Part shown: piece by piece, positions 63,533 through 64,000 of the stretch
Layout of the letters: the number at the start of each line of letters is the position of its first letter
How positions within the stretch are numbered: position 1 is the stretch's first letter
Assembly: GCA_035637335.1 (NCBI GenBank)
Contig: DASPXI010000046.1
Coordinates: forward strand, 1,311-65,310
Direction: 5' to 3'
DNA length: 64,000 nucleotides
Source: Acidimicrobiia bacterium
GTDB taxonomy: Bacteria > Actinomycetota > Acidimicrobiia > IMCC26256 > JACDBD01
Notes under the pieces: generated by a model
What the model was told of the DNA's origin: nothing
Seen by the model: only the letters and a program-made list of their open reading frames with translations
Database searches by the model: none
Program-made: the position numbers and the translations under genes

Positions 63533-64000
63533 CCGCTCAGCGAGTCGCGTATCGCCCGAACGAGGAGCGCGGCGCGCAGCGCGCGGCCGAGCCGGGACAA
63601 CGTCGCAAGCTCCTCTTGCGCCATTACGCGCGCCTGAGGATTCCGCTGGCGCAGGTACTGGATCGACACTTGTTCGAACAAGGCCGCCTCGCGCTCGGCG
63701 AAGTGCTTGTACATCCGAAGGTGGCGGGCACCGATCCCGTGCGAGTAGAAGCCGGCCGCAGCCTTCGCGATCGCCTGCTCTTCCTCGTTGAAGAACGCGC
63801 TGTCGTCGTCGCTGACCTGTGTGATCAGCCCGAACGATTCCAGCTCGGAGAGCTGCCACTCTTCGAGGCCGGCGGCAGCGGCGAGCTCTTCGCGCGTGAG
63901 ACCCGGCTTCTCTCGAGGCGGGGGCTCGGGCGCAGGTTCCGTCTTCTCGAAACCCGCGACGTTCTCGGTACGCGCCGCGTTCTCGCGAGGCAGAGCGTCC
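63529..64000 (-). CDS. MerR-family-associated regulator, C-terminal part only (5' end outside window)
   Basis: My translation stays open from the window edge: ...EELAAAAGLEEWQLSELESFGLITQVSDDDSAFFNEEEQAIAKAAAGFYSHGIGARHLRMYKHFAEREAALFEQV... The track lists only the last 61 aa. Confidence 0.55.
   Translation of the reverse strand, partial: DALPRENAARTENVAGFEKTEPAPEPPPREKPGLTREELAAAAGLEEWQLSELESFGLITQVSDDDSAFFNEEEQAIAKAAAGFYSHGIGARHLRMYKHFAEREAALFEQVSIQYLRQRNPQARVMAQEELATLSRLGRALRAALLVRAIRDSLSG

Noticed and set aside
1-64000. Scan for CRISPR arrays, tRNA, rRNA, tmRNA, RNase P RNA, transposases, integrases, and prophage or defence islands.
   Set aside because: - No regularly spaced direct repeats were seen.
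- No T-loop/acceptor-stem-like 75-nt units were seen in any intergenic gap.
- No transposase- or integrase-like ORFs were seen.
- The only mobile-looking gene is the endonuclease VII ORF.
- This was inspection by eye only. tRNAscan-SE, Infernal and ISfinder would be decisive.

Overview
High-GC actinobacterial-type chromosomal segment. It is densely coding on both strands, with many 4-nt start/stop overlaps (ATGA/GTGA) that suggest translational coupling. GC content was judged by eye, not computed. By eye I found no rRNA, tRNA, CRISPR array or transposase/IS.

Left third: a GroES-like gene fragment, an SDR, a DinB/mycothiol-type protein, glycolate oxidase glcDEF, a LOG-family protein, a PfkB kinase, F420 FO-synthase fbiC, and the pentose-phosphate operon tkt-tal-zwf-pgl with no opcA. 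These are followed by a FIST protein, a GH84-GT2-nagA operon, an acyl-CoA ligase plus a split ADP-forming acyl-CoA synthetase, and a PBP4.

Middle: a ttuB-like/ttuA/trmI tRNA T-loop modification module and a marP-like protease. Then comes a complete Pup-proteasome locus: arc, dop, pup, an inserted endonuclease VII gene, prcB, prcA, pafA, DUF3866, pafB, pafC. It continues with lepB, tatA, tatC and helY. From memory, the gene order parallels the M. tuberculosis Rv2118c-Rv2092c region.

Right third: a tandem ThyX-like protein, DUF4193, lnt, GNAT, NUDIX, an LLM oxidoreductase, RidA, gcvT, a tandem glycine riboswitch, gcvP, and a MerR/DUF151/hpt cluster.

The most interesting unexplained signal is a conserved ~55-nt three-box element. 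It occurs four times, plus a tandem half-copy and one degenerate half-copy. Full copies sit directly 5' of pafA, 5' of pafBC, 5' of a Cys-rich conserved gene, and as an orphan between a small ORF and fdx/arc. The half-copy is 5' of dop. The copies show compensatory base changes consistent with alternative RNA hairpins.

Other points:
- The masked-GG ThiS-like carrier next to ttuA-trmI.
- A low-GC, self-promoted endonuclease VII gene lodged between pup and prcB.
- Recurrent TAGGCT-type -10 boxes 6-9 nt from start codons, suggesting leaderless mRNAs.
- A 460-nt ORF-poor gap with long-range complementarity.
- Several palindromes.
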